Assembly (NCBI GenBank): GCA_934771475.1
Contig: CAKVMD010000002.1
Span: 29,883 to 93,882 of the forward strand
Source of the DNA: an uncultured Clostridia bacterium
GTDB taxonomy: Bacteria > Bacillota > Clostridia > Christensenellales > UBA1242
Length of the DNA stretch: 64,000 nucleotides
Direction: 5' to 3'
The position numbers and the translations under genes were made by a program. Below the pieces are notes generated by a model. It was not told where the DNA came from. It made no database searches and was given only the letters and a program-made list of their open reading frames with translations. The stretch's first letter is position 1. Every line of letters starts with the position of its first letter. Shown piece after piece: positions 48,286 to 58,091 of the stretch.

Positions 48286-48467
48286 AATATTTTTTTACTT
48301 TCCCATACAAATAAACCTTAATTAGTATGAAAACAAACTATCAAGTTCAAACAAAGTTTATCGACATGCCTTTTCACAATACTTTAATCCCGCACAATTT
48401 TAAAGCAAAATCTTGCTATTTGAAAGAGTTCTTTTCATCCTACTTTCTAATTCTGTCAATTTGATAA

Positions 48468-51380
48468 TCATGAACGAGTCCAAATAGATGAACTATAATT
48501 GTTTGTGAGATATTGAGCAGCAGTTGAACTATTTGATAAATCGCTAAAAGAAACTGATGTGCTGCCAGCTTTCCAACCTGTGGCATTCTTAAAAGTTACA
48601 GAAGTTAGAAGACTGCAATCTACAAATGCTGATGAATTTATCCATTTTAAACTTGAAGGTAATGTGATAGAAGCAAGAGCAGTGCATCCTTTGAAAACAC
48701 CCCAACCAAACTCTGTCACGCCTTCTTCTATGGTAACACTTGAAAGTTTTGTGCATGCATAGAAAGCCGAACCGCCTACACTTTTGATATTCTCATGAAT
48801 AGTTATAAATTTAAGTTGTCCACAATAAGCAAAGCAATTATCGGGAATACTCGTTACAGACTTTGGAATTTCTATACTATTAATCGCACTACTCCAGAAA
48901 GCTCCAAATTCAAAAGTATTTATCGTATCTGGCAAAAACACAGAAGTGAGTTTTGTATAAGCCATAAATGCTTTTTCACCTATAACCGTGACTTTATAGG
49001 TTTGCCCAATTGTTCCATTAGTTGCTGTGCCATCCGAAAGAGAAGTTTGATTACAAATGACTTCATTTGGAATAATAATTGAAGATTGTGAACTATCTGC
49101 CCCCTTGACAGAAGCAGTTTTGGCAGTGTTATCATAGGTAAATGTTAATTTCCCAGTATAATCTGTATCTTTTGGTGTAATGCGTTCCCAAGTATGCTCT
49201 TTGTAATTCTCTTTCAAACATGTTGCTGCTGTTTCCGTATTGGAAAGGCTTGTAGGATTTATAATTTCTCCGTCATAATTCCAATTATTGATGTTAGTCC
49301 CAAAGTTTGCAAACTGTAAATTAGTGCCGTCAAATGCAAGTTGTCCAATGGTAGAAAGATTTAATGAGAAATTGATAGTTTTAAGTCCTTGACAATATTG
49401 AAAAGCAAACCCTTCTATTGTTTCTACACTGTTTGGGATATCTATGCTTTCAATATCTTTTTGCCAAAAGAAAGCTCGGGCACCGATTATTTTAATATCA
49501 TTTGGTATTTGTGATTTAGAACAACCGACTATCAATTTTTTATTTTCACGTTGAATAATGCAATTATTTTCGCTATAATAAATTGAATTTTCGTTTGCGA
49601 CATTTATTTGAGATAAGCTTTGATTATTTCCGAATGAACTTCCATCTATAGATTGAACATTTTCAGGAATATACAAAGTAGTCAATTTGGTTAATGAAGA
49701 AAAAGCCCAATAATCTATTATCTTAAGATTTTTTGAAAGTGAAAGTTCTGTGACTGCCGAACATCCGTCAAATGCTTGGGCTTTTACATATAGAACACTG
49801 TCTGGAAGGATAATAGAAGTGAGTTTTGAGCAGTTATAGAATGCACAAGCATTTATTGTCTGGATTGTATTAGGCATGATTACTTTTGTTAAAGATGTGT
49901 AATCTTTAAACCCATCTGCCCCAATTTCGGTTACTGTATAAGTCTGTCCGATAGTTCCATTTGTTGCAGTTCCATCCGAAAGTGATGTTTGGTTACAAAC
50001 AACATCACTTGGAATAGTTATTGAAGTTTGAGTGCTGTCTGCACCTTTCACTGTCGCTGTTTTTGTTGTGTTATTGTAAGTGAAGGTCAATTTCCCAGTA
50101 TAATCTGTATCTCTTGGTGTTGTGCGCGTCCAGTTGTACTCTTTGTATCCTTTCGAGCCATCTCTCAATAAAGTAACATTTTTAGAGGCGTCTGATACAT
50201 CAATGTCGCTTGCAGTTTTGGTTGCATCTGAATTATGGACTGCGTCCCACTTTACAAGGTTCTTAAATTTAATTGATTTTAATGATGAACAATTTTGGAA
50301 AGCAAAAGCACCAATAGTGTTCACGCTTGCAGGGATAGTAACATTGGTAAATTCGGCATTCGAGCAACCGTTAAACATTCCATATCCAATCGCTTTCACG
50401 CCCTCTTTAATGGTTACAGATTTAGCTCCCGAGCATCCTGAGAACACCCATGTTCCGACTGTTGTTACTGTCGAAGGAATTTCGATGCTTTCTATTGCAG
50501 AACAACCAGAGAAAACTTGTGTCTCAAATGTTGTAAGCCCTTCGTTAAGCGTAACACTCTTCAAGGTTGTAATATTCATAAATGCACGCGCGCCTATACT
50601 CTTAACTGTGCTTGGAATAACTACCTTTTCAAGTGTTGTGTAATCTCTAAATGCATCGTTCGCAATTTTGGTTACTGTATATTCGACTCCGCTATGCAAA
50701 ATCTTATCTGGAATGTCGAGAACCGTGGCGGTTGTAGAGTCTCCTTTCGTAACTGTACAAGTTTTTGCACTTGTATTAAACGAATTAAATTTCATAGAGT
50801 CCGCATAGACTGCCTCGTCAACTGCAACGCGCTCGTTTGTAAGGGTGATATCTAGATTAAATGTGCCATCTGTTACTGGTTTCTTTACATCACTAACGCT
50901 CCAAACAAGTTTGATAACCTTTGTTCCACTCTTTGCAACAACTTGATTTGTAAAATTGTTTACTTGTACCCCATCCACTTGTCTAGACGTTGAGACATTG
51001 TCTGCTTGTATGTTTTCTACAAATGTTACCCACAATAATCGCTCATCGCTAAGGTTTGTGATTGTAATTGTAAGTTCTATGTTTTTATCAGCCTCAAAGT
51101 CAAGTTTCATGTTTGACCAAGACTCTGGTGTCGTAAACGCGGAAGTCTCGTAATCAAAATTCAATGTTTCAAGAGCGTTCTCACTTTTAGAACCGCTTAT
51201 CGTTCCTGTTACCTGTGCATAAATGTTGGTTGCATTAAATATGATTTTCCCGCCTATTGGAACTTCTATAAGAGACAAAGCAAGAGCAACCCCCATAAGG
51301 GCTCCCCCACAAACAAACAAAAACAAAAGTATGTATTTTGATAAAAATTTCAACCCTTTTCTTTTGCTTTTTGTTTCCAC
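48468..51380 (-). CDS. BspA-like leucine-rich-repeat surface protein (GTG start)
   Basis: N-terminal signal/anchor (LLFLFVCGGALMGVALAL). Many ~23-aa LRR units (IPxSVxxIGxxAFxxCxxLxSI). Two nearly identical ~65-85-aa internal segments. Confidence 0.85.
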   Translation of the reverse strand: METKSKRKGLKFLSKYILLFLFVCGGALMGVALALSLIEVPIGGKIIFNATNIYAQVTGTISGSKSENALETLNFDYETSAFTTPESWSNMKLDFEADKNIELTITITNLSDERLLWVTFVENIQADNVSTSRQVDGVQVNNFTNQVVAKSGTKVIKLVWSVSDVKKPVTDGTFNLDITLTNERVAVDEAVYADSMKFNSFNTSAKTCTVTKGDSTTATVLDIPDKILHSGVEYTVTKIANDAFRDYTTLEKVVIPSTVKSIGARAFMNITTLKSVTLNEGLTTFETQVFSGCSAIESIEIPSTVTTVGTWVFSGCSGAKSVTIKEGVKAIGYGMFNGCSNAEFTNVTIPASVNTIGAFAFQNCSSLKSIKFKNLVKWDAVHNSDATKTASDIDVSDASKNVTLLRDGSKGYKEYNWTRTTPRDTDYTGKLTFTYNNTTKTATVKGADSTQTSITIPSDVVCNQTSLSDGTATNGTIGQTYTVTEIGADGFKDYTSLTKVIMPNTIQTINACAFYNCSKLTSIILPDSVLYVKAQAFDGCSAVTELSLSKNLKIIDYWAFSSLTKLTTLYIPENVQSIDGSSFGNNQSLSQINVANENSIYYSENNCIIQRENKKLIVGCSKSQIPNDIKIIGARAFFWQKDIESIDIPNSVETIEGFAFQYCQGLKTINFSLNLSTIGQLAFDGTNLQFANFGTNINNWNYDGEIINPTSLSNTETAATCLKENYKEHTWERITPKDTDYTGKLTFTYDNTAKTASVKGADSSQSSIIIPNEVICNQTSLSDGTATNGTIGQTYKVTVIGEKAFMAYTKLTSVFLPDTINTFEFGAFWSSAINSIEIPKSVTSIPDNCFAYCGQLKFITIHENIKSVGGSAFYACTKLSSVTIEEGVTEFGWGVFKGCTALASITLPSSLKWINSSAFVDCSLLTSVTFKNATGWKAGSTSVSFSDLSNSSTAAQYLTNNYSSSIWTRS
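48984..49178 (-). repeat. internal duplication copy B within the LRR gene
   Basis: Encodes ...PKDTDYTGKLTFTYDNTAKTASVKGADSSQSSIIIPNEVICNQTSLSDGTATNGTIGQTYKVT. High nucleotide identity with 49928-50120. Confidence 0.8.
49928..50120 (-). repeat. internal duplication copy A within the LRR gene
   Basis: Encodes ...PRDTDYTGKLTFTYNNTTKTATVKGADSTQTSITIPSDVVCNQTSLSDGTATNGTIGQTYTVT. Confidence 0.8.
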
Positions 51381-51743
51381 TTTTACTCCTTTATTTTAAT
51401 ATGTCTAAATAAAATGAATATATGACAAAATCGTTATGTAAAAGATTGCACGACTTTTTACAACAATATTATATATTTATCCCCATATTTTGTCAACTTT
51501 TTATAAGCGTTATACTAAACATATTTTTTGTATCCATTATTAGTGCGCCCCTTTTCAACCATTTGATTGCACTGCACAATAGTTGACATAAATTCCCCCA
51601 AGTGTTATACTAACCATGTTTTCTAACAAACTATTTTCGCAACTTTGGCACTTCATGCCAATTAAACGCGATAAATGTGGCAAGCAAAAGTATACAAAAC
51701 CAAAGACCTCCCAAAGTATACAAAAGTTTAAAAGGAGATTAGC

Positions 51744-52532
51744 ATGAATCTTATCTTAACAAGTTCATTAGATTTGTATTATAAGGACAAAAATAGCAAA
51801 AAAATTGCACATGATTTTGGAAACAAAAATGGGATAAAGGATTTAATTAAAAAATTAACACCAAAGCAAGGCAATTTTGTATTTGTCGCAAGTGCGGAAT
51901 CTGATTATAATGCAACAGATATTTATGCAAATTTAACCTTTGATTCCTTCAAACTTACATATCCTTTTAAAAATTACATTATCTTAGATGGCAGGACAAA
52001 AGATAGAGCAAAAGAAATTATCGAAAATGCCGACTTAATATTCTTATGTGGCGGACATGTTCCAACGCAAAATCAGTTTTTTCAAAATATTAATTTAAGA
52101 GAGATATTAAGAAACACCAATGCGTTGATTATAGGGCAAAGTGCAGGTTCAATGAACTCGGCAGATGTTGTATACGCCCAACCAGAACTTGAAGGAGAAT
52201 CTATTGATCCATCTTTTAAAAGATATCTTAAAGGCTTAGGGTTGACCAGCATAAGCATTCTCCCCCATTTTGAGCAATGTATAGATGATGTGCTTGATGG
52301 TAGAAACATATTTAAGGAAATTTCATTGCCTGATAGCAAAATAAGACCGTTTATTGCTTACTCGGATGGCGCATTCATTTTTGATAACGGGACAAAACAA
52401 GTAATGCACGGAAAAGCATATTTGTTTGAAAATGGAAGTTATCATCAAATAACAAAAGACGATGAAATCACAGATATCACAGAGTTAGTAAATGACAAAT
52501 TTGTCGACAATAATCATTTAATTAAAGAGTAA
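51744..52532 (+). CDS. peptidase E / S51-family (type 1 glutamine amidotransferase-like) protein
   Basis: LCGGHVPTQN...IGQSAGSMN nucleophile-elbow pattern. Consensus promoter TTGACA-17-TATACT at 51583-51611. Confidence 0.72.
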   Translation: MNLILTSSLDLYYKDKNSKKIAHDFGNKNGIKDLIKKLTPKQGNFVFVASAESDYNATDIYANLTFDSFKLTYPFKNYIILDGRTKDRAKEIIENADLIFLCGGHVPTQNQFFQNINLREILRNTNALIIGQSAGSMNSADVVYAQPELEGESIDPSFKRYLKGLGLTSISILPHFEQCIDDVLDGRNIFKEISLPDSKIRPFIAYSDGAFIFDNGTKQVMHGKAYLFENGSYHQITKDDEITDITELVNDKFVDNNHLIKE

Positions 52533-52554
52533 AACTAAAAATTTTACTCTATTT

Positions 52555-52631
<77 letters not shown>

Positions 52632-52686
52632 ATTTAAATACTGACAAACTAAAAGTGCGCGAAGTTTAAATTCGCGCCAAATTTCA

Positions 52687-54417
52687 CTAAAATTTTTCGA
52701 TTTCTTTGTCTAAATCTTCTTTCAATTTGATATTTTTGAAATAGGTACTATTAGAGTAGCCAGATGATTTTGCATCTTCGCTTTTCCTTTTCAGTTCATT
52801 TATAACGCAATTTTGCAACATTTTATAAACATCATCATACAAAGAAATTAACTGTGAAAGGTCTTCTGGTAATTTATCATGAGATTTTAAATAAAGTTTC
52901 TTTAAACCATACAAAACAAAGAAATCTGAACTTATAACAAAATTATATTCAGGTTTATTATATAAATCTTTGGCTATACTTTCTTCTATTATTTCATTTC
53001 TTTTCTTGATGACTAGTTTTGATAATTTAAACAACTCTATTATATGGCTGTCTGTCAAATTATCGGTAAAAATCTCATCATACTTAGTAGAAAAGATGTC
53101 CTTTTTGTTGTTTCTTGCTTGCGAAGGGCACTCACAATCGAAAGCGTAAATACATTGAGCTATCTTTTCAAGGTCGATAACACGGTCTCTTTTTTCTTTT
53201 TCAAATTCTTTTGCTTTAATTTGATAAAAATACCCTTGCAATTTAATTAATTCTTGTAATTTTCTTTGTTTTTCATCTATTGATTTTATATCTCTGTTTG
53301 TTACCGCGGTTTGCGAATTGGTAAATTCAGCAACATTCGTGGAAAATTCGAGGTCATCAATTTCATAAAATCTGCAAAGCAAATAAATATTTTCAAGGTT
53401 TTGGAGATTTTCTTTTCGTATTTGGTCAAGACATCTTAATGTTTGTCCACCATTGACAACTTGCATCCCCTCTAATGTAACAACCTGTTTGATGGCAAGT
53501 TCAGATTTTTTTATTTTGCTACAAATAGTGGTCAAGCCATTATTATAATAGAAAAATTTGCACGATTCATTTTCGTCTTTGGCAGTTTTTATTATATTGG
53601 AGTTTATAAGGTTGGTTACTCCCTTGAATTTTCTGACATTATCTCTTAAAATCGAATCATTCAGTTCGTCATCAACCAAAGAATTTAACTCAAAATCAGT
53701 GCAATTTCTTTTTTCGGAATTGATAGAAAACAATCTAAGAAGTTCAGCTGCATTAACTTTCGCAATAAATCCATTAGCAACATTAAACATATCATTTTTT
53801 TGAATTACAATTTTCCCGCAAATGTTTGGCTTCGTCTTATTGCGGTAATCCTTAATTAAAGAATCACATCCAATAATGTTAAAAGCAACATTTCTGAACT
53901 TATGCCTCAAATCATTCAATCTTTTCGTGTCAACGCGTTCCGCTCCATCACTGCAAAAGAAAACATTGAATGCCACATTCTCGCTATTGTTATATCTCTC
54001 GCCAATTTCCTCTATCAATGGTTTTTGCTTAGAATTGAAAGACTCAATTCTTCCCAAAGGGTCTTCGGTCAAGTCTGTCAGTGCAGATTCTATTTTTGAA
54101 AGTTCAGTGGTTGGAAAAGTAAACGATGAGGCTGACTCAAAGTTCTCTTTAAATTTACAATTTACCAAATTTACTTCTAACTCGTCAGGCCCTGCATCTT
54201 GATTTAAATATAAAATATCAATACCTCTGTCATCGTGATTTTCTCCCCTCACTTTCAAGCTCTCAGAATCAGTTATGTAAGTTTGTGCGACATCATGATC
54301 CAGTTCAAACAGAGTTTCACAAACAAAATAATCCATAGCAACTCCGCTTTTGACTGCATGCTGTTTAACAATTTCATCAATCTTGCTTTTTATCAAATTA
54401 TAATCCACTACTCTCAT
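52687..54417 (-). CDS. AIPR-family (abortive infection phage resistance) protein
   Basis: N-terminal ...DDRGIDILYL... and central ...VVNGGQTLRC... motifs, as I recall for AIPR proteins. Visibly more AT-rich than neighbouring genes. Next to a tRNA gene. Confidence 0.7.
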   Translation of the reverse strand: MRVVDYNLIKSKIDEIVKQHAVKSGVAMDYFVCETLFELDHDVAQTYITDSESLKVRGENHDDRGIDILYLNQDAGPDELEVNLVNCKFKENFESASSFTFPTTELSKIESALTDLTEDPLGRIESFNSKQKPLIEEIGERYNNSENVAFNVFFCSDGAERVDTKRLNDLRHKFRNVAFNIIGCDSLIKDYRNKTKPNICGKIVIQKNDMFNVANGFIAKVNAAELLRLFSINSEKRNCTDFELNSLVDDELNDSILRDNVRKFKGVTNLINSNIIKTAKDENESCKFFYYNNGLTTICSKIKKSELAIKQVVTLEGMQVVNGGQTLRCLDQIRKENLQNLENIYLLCRFYEIDDLEFSTNVAEFTNSQTAVTNRDIKSIDEKQRKLQELIKLQGYFYQIKAKEFEKEKRDRVIDLEKIAQCIYAFDCECPSQARNNKKDIFSTKYDEIFTDNLTDSHIIELFKLSKLVIKKRNEIIEESIAKDLYNKPEYNFVISSDFFVLYGLKKLYLKSHDKLPEDLSQLISLYDDVYKMLQNCVINELKRKSEDAKSSGYSNSTYFKNIKLKEDLDKEIEKF

Positions 54418-54536
54418 ATTATAACAAACTCCTTATGTCTCATTTTAACATAAAATGTTATAAAATGAAAGAATTTATCAAAGAAGTTTGTTTTTTCTAT
54501 ATTTAAAATGTTTATTTTAAAATTGTTTTTTATTAA

Positions 54537-55034
54537 TTATTTTATTTTTTCAAAGTTGATTTTATCAATATACCTTAATGCAAAGGACTGCGCCAGAAGC
54601 ACAAGTGAAAAGACAAAGTTTATAACTCCCCCTATTCCCAAAGTATTCTGCGATGACTCCCCACGGTTTAATTCGGTCGTTTTTAACTTTAAACATATCA
54701 GCGTAACAAATGTAAGCACTACGAGAACAAGCGCTAAAATAAGTTGAAATTTTACAAGCATATCCAAAGTTTTTTGATTTTCAATAATATCAAAGTCTGC
54801 AAGGAGCAGGCAAAAACTTACAATGCCCATCACCGCAAGCACAGTTATCATAAAAACAATCGCAATAGATATTGTTGAAGCAATCGGGTCTCCATTTGGC
54901 GCAATAATCAGATTTATTCCTGTAAGGTTTTCGTTTCCAGTGATAAAATTAGACGCGCAAAAAATAAGCATCAGCAGGCTAAGCGCTGTCCCCACAATAT
55001 GATTTGCAAGCATAAACATATATTTTTTGTCCAT
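54537..55034 (-). CDS. integral membrane protein (about 5 TM helices), unknown function
   Basis: Start moved to MDKKYMF behind the AGAGG RBS; strongly hydrophobic. Confidence 0.6.
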   Translation of the reverse strand: MDKKYMFMLANHIVGTALSLLMLIFCASNFITGNENLTGINLIIAPNGDPIASTISIAIVFMITVLAVMGIVSFCLLLADFDIIENQKTLDMLVKFQLILALVLVVLTFVTLICLKLKTTELNRGESSQNTLGIGGVINFVFSLVLLAQSFALRYIDKINFEKIK

Positions 55035-55144
55035 TTTGCCTCTATCCCTATAACAATCTTTGCCAAAAGGCAAAAATATAAACAAAAGAAAGCAAATATT
55101 TTGATTTTACAAAGCTTTTATGTTAAACTATTTTTAGGTGAAAA

Positions 55145-56302
55145 ATGAAATTTTTTGATGTTATAGTTTTAGGTGGTGGGGCAAGCGGATGCGTTTGCGC
55201 TATTAGCGCAAGGAAAAACAGAAAAAATGTTGCGATAATCGACAGAGAAAATCGACCTGCAAAGAAAATTTTAGTTACTGGTAACGGAAGATGCAACTTG
55301 ACAAACAAAAATATGTCAAGTACTTTTTTTAATCAAAATGTGGATAATTTTTTAAAAAGGTTTTCAAGCGAAGACACTATACAGTTTTTTAATGAAATTG
55401 GGCTTGTTTCATACGCGGATGATGAGGGGCGAGTATACCCCGTTTCAAACAGCGCAAAATCAGTAACCACGGTTTTGGAACTTGCTCTTGAAGAAAGTAA
55501 AGTTAAATTTTTTGGCGAAACTGAAATTGAGAGTATAAAAAAAGAAAACGAAAAATTTTTTATAAAAACAAATAATGGTGAATTTAGCTCCAATAAACTC
55601 GTTTATGCATTGGGAGGAAAAAGCATCGACTTTGCGAAGGAAGCGTTTGGGATAGAAATCTCTCCTCCTTACGCCAGCCTCGTAGCACTGAAAACATCAC
55701 CAACTCGCGCTCTTTCAGGAAACAAGATTTCAAATTGTGCGGTAACACTTCAACTACCTAGCGGTGAAAAATATAAGGATATGGGCGAAGTGCTTTTTAA
55801 AGACAGCGGTTTAAGCGGAATATGCATATTTAATCTTTCAGCGTATCTTGCGAGAGCAAGAAGTTTTAAAGGAACGATTTCTATTGATATTTTTCCAAAT
55901 AAAAGCGAAAAAGAAGTCGAAAACATTTTATTATCCAGAAAAAGCCTCCCAAGAAAAGTAGATCAGGTTTTTGACGGTTTGCTACTCCCCGCGATAGGTT
56001 ATGAAATCTTGAATAGACTTAAATTAGATGAATCTCGTCCACTGTCAAGTTTGACAGGCGCCGAAATCAGCGCGCTTGCCAAGCTTATCAAAAACCTAAC
56101 ATTTGAGGTTAAAGGCGCCTACGACAACAACCAAGTTTTTTCGGGCGGAGTCAAATTGAAGTCGCTAACAGAAAACCTTGAAAGCAAAAAGATAAGCAAT
56201 CTATACTTTATCGGAGAAGCGTGCGATGTGGACGGAATATGCGGTGGATATAACTTGCAGTGGGCTTTTACGAGTGGCAAAATTGTGGGAGAAAGTTTAT
56301 GA
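55145..56302 (+). CDS. HI0933/BaiN-like NAD(P)/FAD-dependent oxidoreductase
   Basis: N-terminal VIVLGGGASGCVCA FAD fold; C-terminal GEACDVDGICGGYNLQWAF, typical of this family. Confidence 0.8.
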   Translation: MKFFDVIVLGGGASGCVCAISARKNRKNVAIIDRENRPAKKILVTGNGRCNLTNKNMSSTFFNQNVDNFLKRFSSEDTIQFFNEIGLVSYADDEGRVYPVSNSAKSVTTVLELALEESKVKFFGETEIESIKKENEKFFIKTNNGEFSSNKLVYALGGKSIDFAKEAFGIEISPPYASLVALKTSPTRALSGNKISNCAVTLQLPSGEKYKDMGEVLFKDSGLSGICIFNLSAYLARARSFKGTISIDIFPNKSEKEVENILLSRKSLPRKVDQVFDGLLLPAIGYEILNRLKLDESRPLSSLTGAEISALAKLIKNLTFEVKGAYDNNQVFSGGVKLKSLTENLESKKISNLYFIGEACDVDGICGGYNLQWAFTSGKIVGESL

Positions 56303-57864
56303 TAAAACTTGAAAATTTAAAAATTATTCCTCCATTTACTGACGATAAATTGGCGATAATTTGCGCAAAAACGCTTAATTTACCTCAAAAAAGCATAAAA
56401 AACATCAAAATTCTAAAAAAATCCATTGATGCGAGGCGAAAACCAAACATTTTTTATATTGTTTCGGCCGGCATTGAACTTGAAGAAAATCTTGAAAAAA
56501 GATTTGAAAACTTAAAATATGCTGAGGAAGATTTTTCACTCAGATACACACAAAAGGTTTCCAGCAAGCCACCTGTAATTGTCGGCTTTGGGCCAAGCGG
56601 AATGTTTGCCGGACTCGCTTTTGCCCGAATGGGATTAAAGCCCATAATCTTAGAGCAAGGGAAAAAGGTTGACGAAAGAGAAAAAGATGTCTTGGAATTT
56701 TGGGAAAAAGGAAAGTTAAACGCTTTTTCAAATGTTCAATTTGGAGAAGGTGGCGCTGGCACTTTCAGCGATGGAAAATTAAACAGCAATATTTCAAATC
56801 GTCATTGCAAAGCTGTACTACAAGAATTTGTTAAGTTTGGCGCGCCAAAAGAAATCCTGTACGAAGCCAAGCCTCATATTGGAAGTGATAAACTAAAAGA
56901 AGTTGTAAAATCTCTTCGAGAAGAAATCATATCGCTGGGCGGGCAAATATATTTTAGCCACAAAATGACGGACTTTAAGATTCAAAATAATCATATTGTT
57001 TCTGTTACCGCTCTTGACCTTAACAGCGAAAAAAGCATAGAAATCGCAACCAATCATCTTTTGCTGTGTGTTGGTCATAGCGGGCGAGATACATTTAAAC
57101 TTTTATACGACAAAGGCGCAACGCTAACTCAAAAGCCTTTTGCAATGGGGGTAAGAATTGAGCAAAAGCAAAGCGATATAAACTTTGCTCAATATGGTAA
57201 GTGCGCTGACCTCTTGCCACCAGCCGATTATAAACTGGTAACGCATTTGCCAAGTGGAAGAAGCGTTTTTACATTTTGTATGTGCCCCGGAGGGCAAGTT
57301 GTGGCTTCTTCTAGCGAAGAGGGAAGAATAGTAACCAATGGCATGAGCGAATTTGCCCGCGATAAAGAAAACGCAAACAGCGCGCTACTTGTCAATGTTA
57401 CGCCAGAAGATTATAATTCCCCTCACCCACTTGCTGGGGTTGAATTTCAAGATAGGTATGAGCGCCTTGCTTTCACTCTTGGTGGGAGCAACTACTACGC
57501 CCCTGCCGAAAGCGTTGGTGAATTTTTGGGGAGAAAGACAAAAACGAAAATAAATCCAACTTATCGCCCAAATATCACACTTACAAAAATAGAAAAGTGC
57601 TTGCCACCTTTTGTAACGACCGCGCTTAAAGAGGCTCTTCCCATTTTAAACCAAAAATTAAAAGGTTTTGCGAAAGATGAAAACCTGCTTGTTGCTATTG
57701 AATCACGAAGTAGTTGCCCGCTAACTATTAATCGTGATGAAAACTATGAATCTTCAATTCGAGGACTTTATCCTGTTGGCGAAGGCGCGGGATATGCGGG
57801 AGGAATAATCTCCTCCGCCCAAGACGGAATAAAATGCGCTGAAAAGATTTATGAGACTTTGTAA
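56299..57864 (+). CDS. FAD-dependent protein (COG2509-like dehydrogenase)
   Basis: ATGA overlap with the upstream gene. VIVGFGPSGMFAG dinucleotide motif. About 520 aa. Confidence 0.78.
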   Translation: MIKLENLKIIPPFTDDKLAIICAKTLNLPQKSIKNIKILKKSIDARRKPNIFYIVSAGIELEENLEKRFENLKYAEEDFSLRYTQKVSSKPPVIVGFGPSGMFAGLAFARMGLKPIILEQGKKVDEREKDVLEFWEKGKLNAFSNVQFGEGGAGTFSDGKLNSNISNRHCKAVLQEFVKFGAPKEILYEAKPHIGSDKLKEVVKSLREEIISLGGQIYFSHKMTDFKIQNNHIVSVTALDLNSEKSIEIATNHLLLCVGHSGRDTFKLLYDKGATLTQKPFAMGVRIEQKQSDINFAQYGKCADLLPPADYKLVTHLPSGRSVFTFCMCPGGQVVASSSEEGRIVTNGMSEFARDKENANSALLVNVTPEDYNSPHPLAGVEFQDRYERLAFTLGGSNYYAPAESVGEFLGRKTKTKINPTYRPNITLTKIEKCLPPFVTTALKEALPILNQKLKGFAKDENLLVAIESRSSCPLTINRDENYESSIRGLYPVGEGAGYAGGIISSAQDGIKCAEKIYETL

Positions 57865-58091
57865 ACTCCTCTTATAATTAGATTTTTTCGCAAAAAATTC
57901 ACATTTTTTATTAAATTCTCACAAACTACAGTTAATTTTTAAGATTTCCATAAAAAAAGATTATCAATTAGATAATCTTTTTTGTTTTTTCTTCTTTTTT
58001 AATTGTCAGTTCAAAACAAGAGTTATACAATGTGTTTATAGGTTTTAAAATTTTAGGTTGAGAATATGTTGGCATCTTGTATGAACGGCGA

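Noticed and set aside
48984-50120. Considered the two LRR-gene repeats as a template/variable repeat pair of a diversity-generating retroelement.
   Set aside because: No reverse transcriptase lies nearby, both copies are coding parts of the same gene, and the differences are not restricted to adenine positions.
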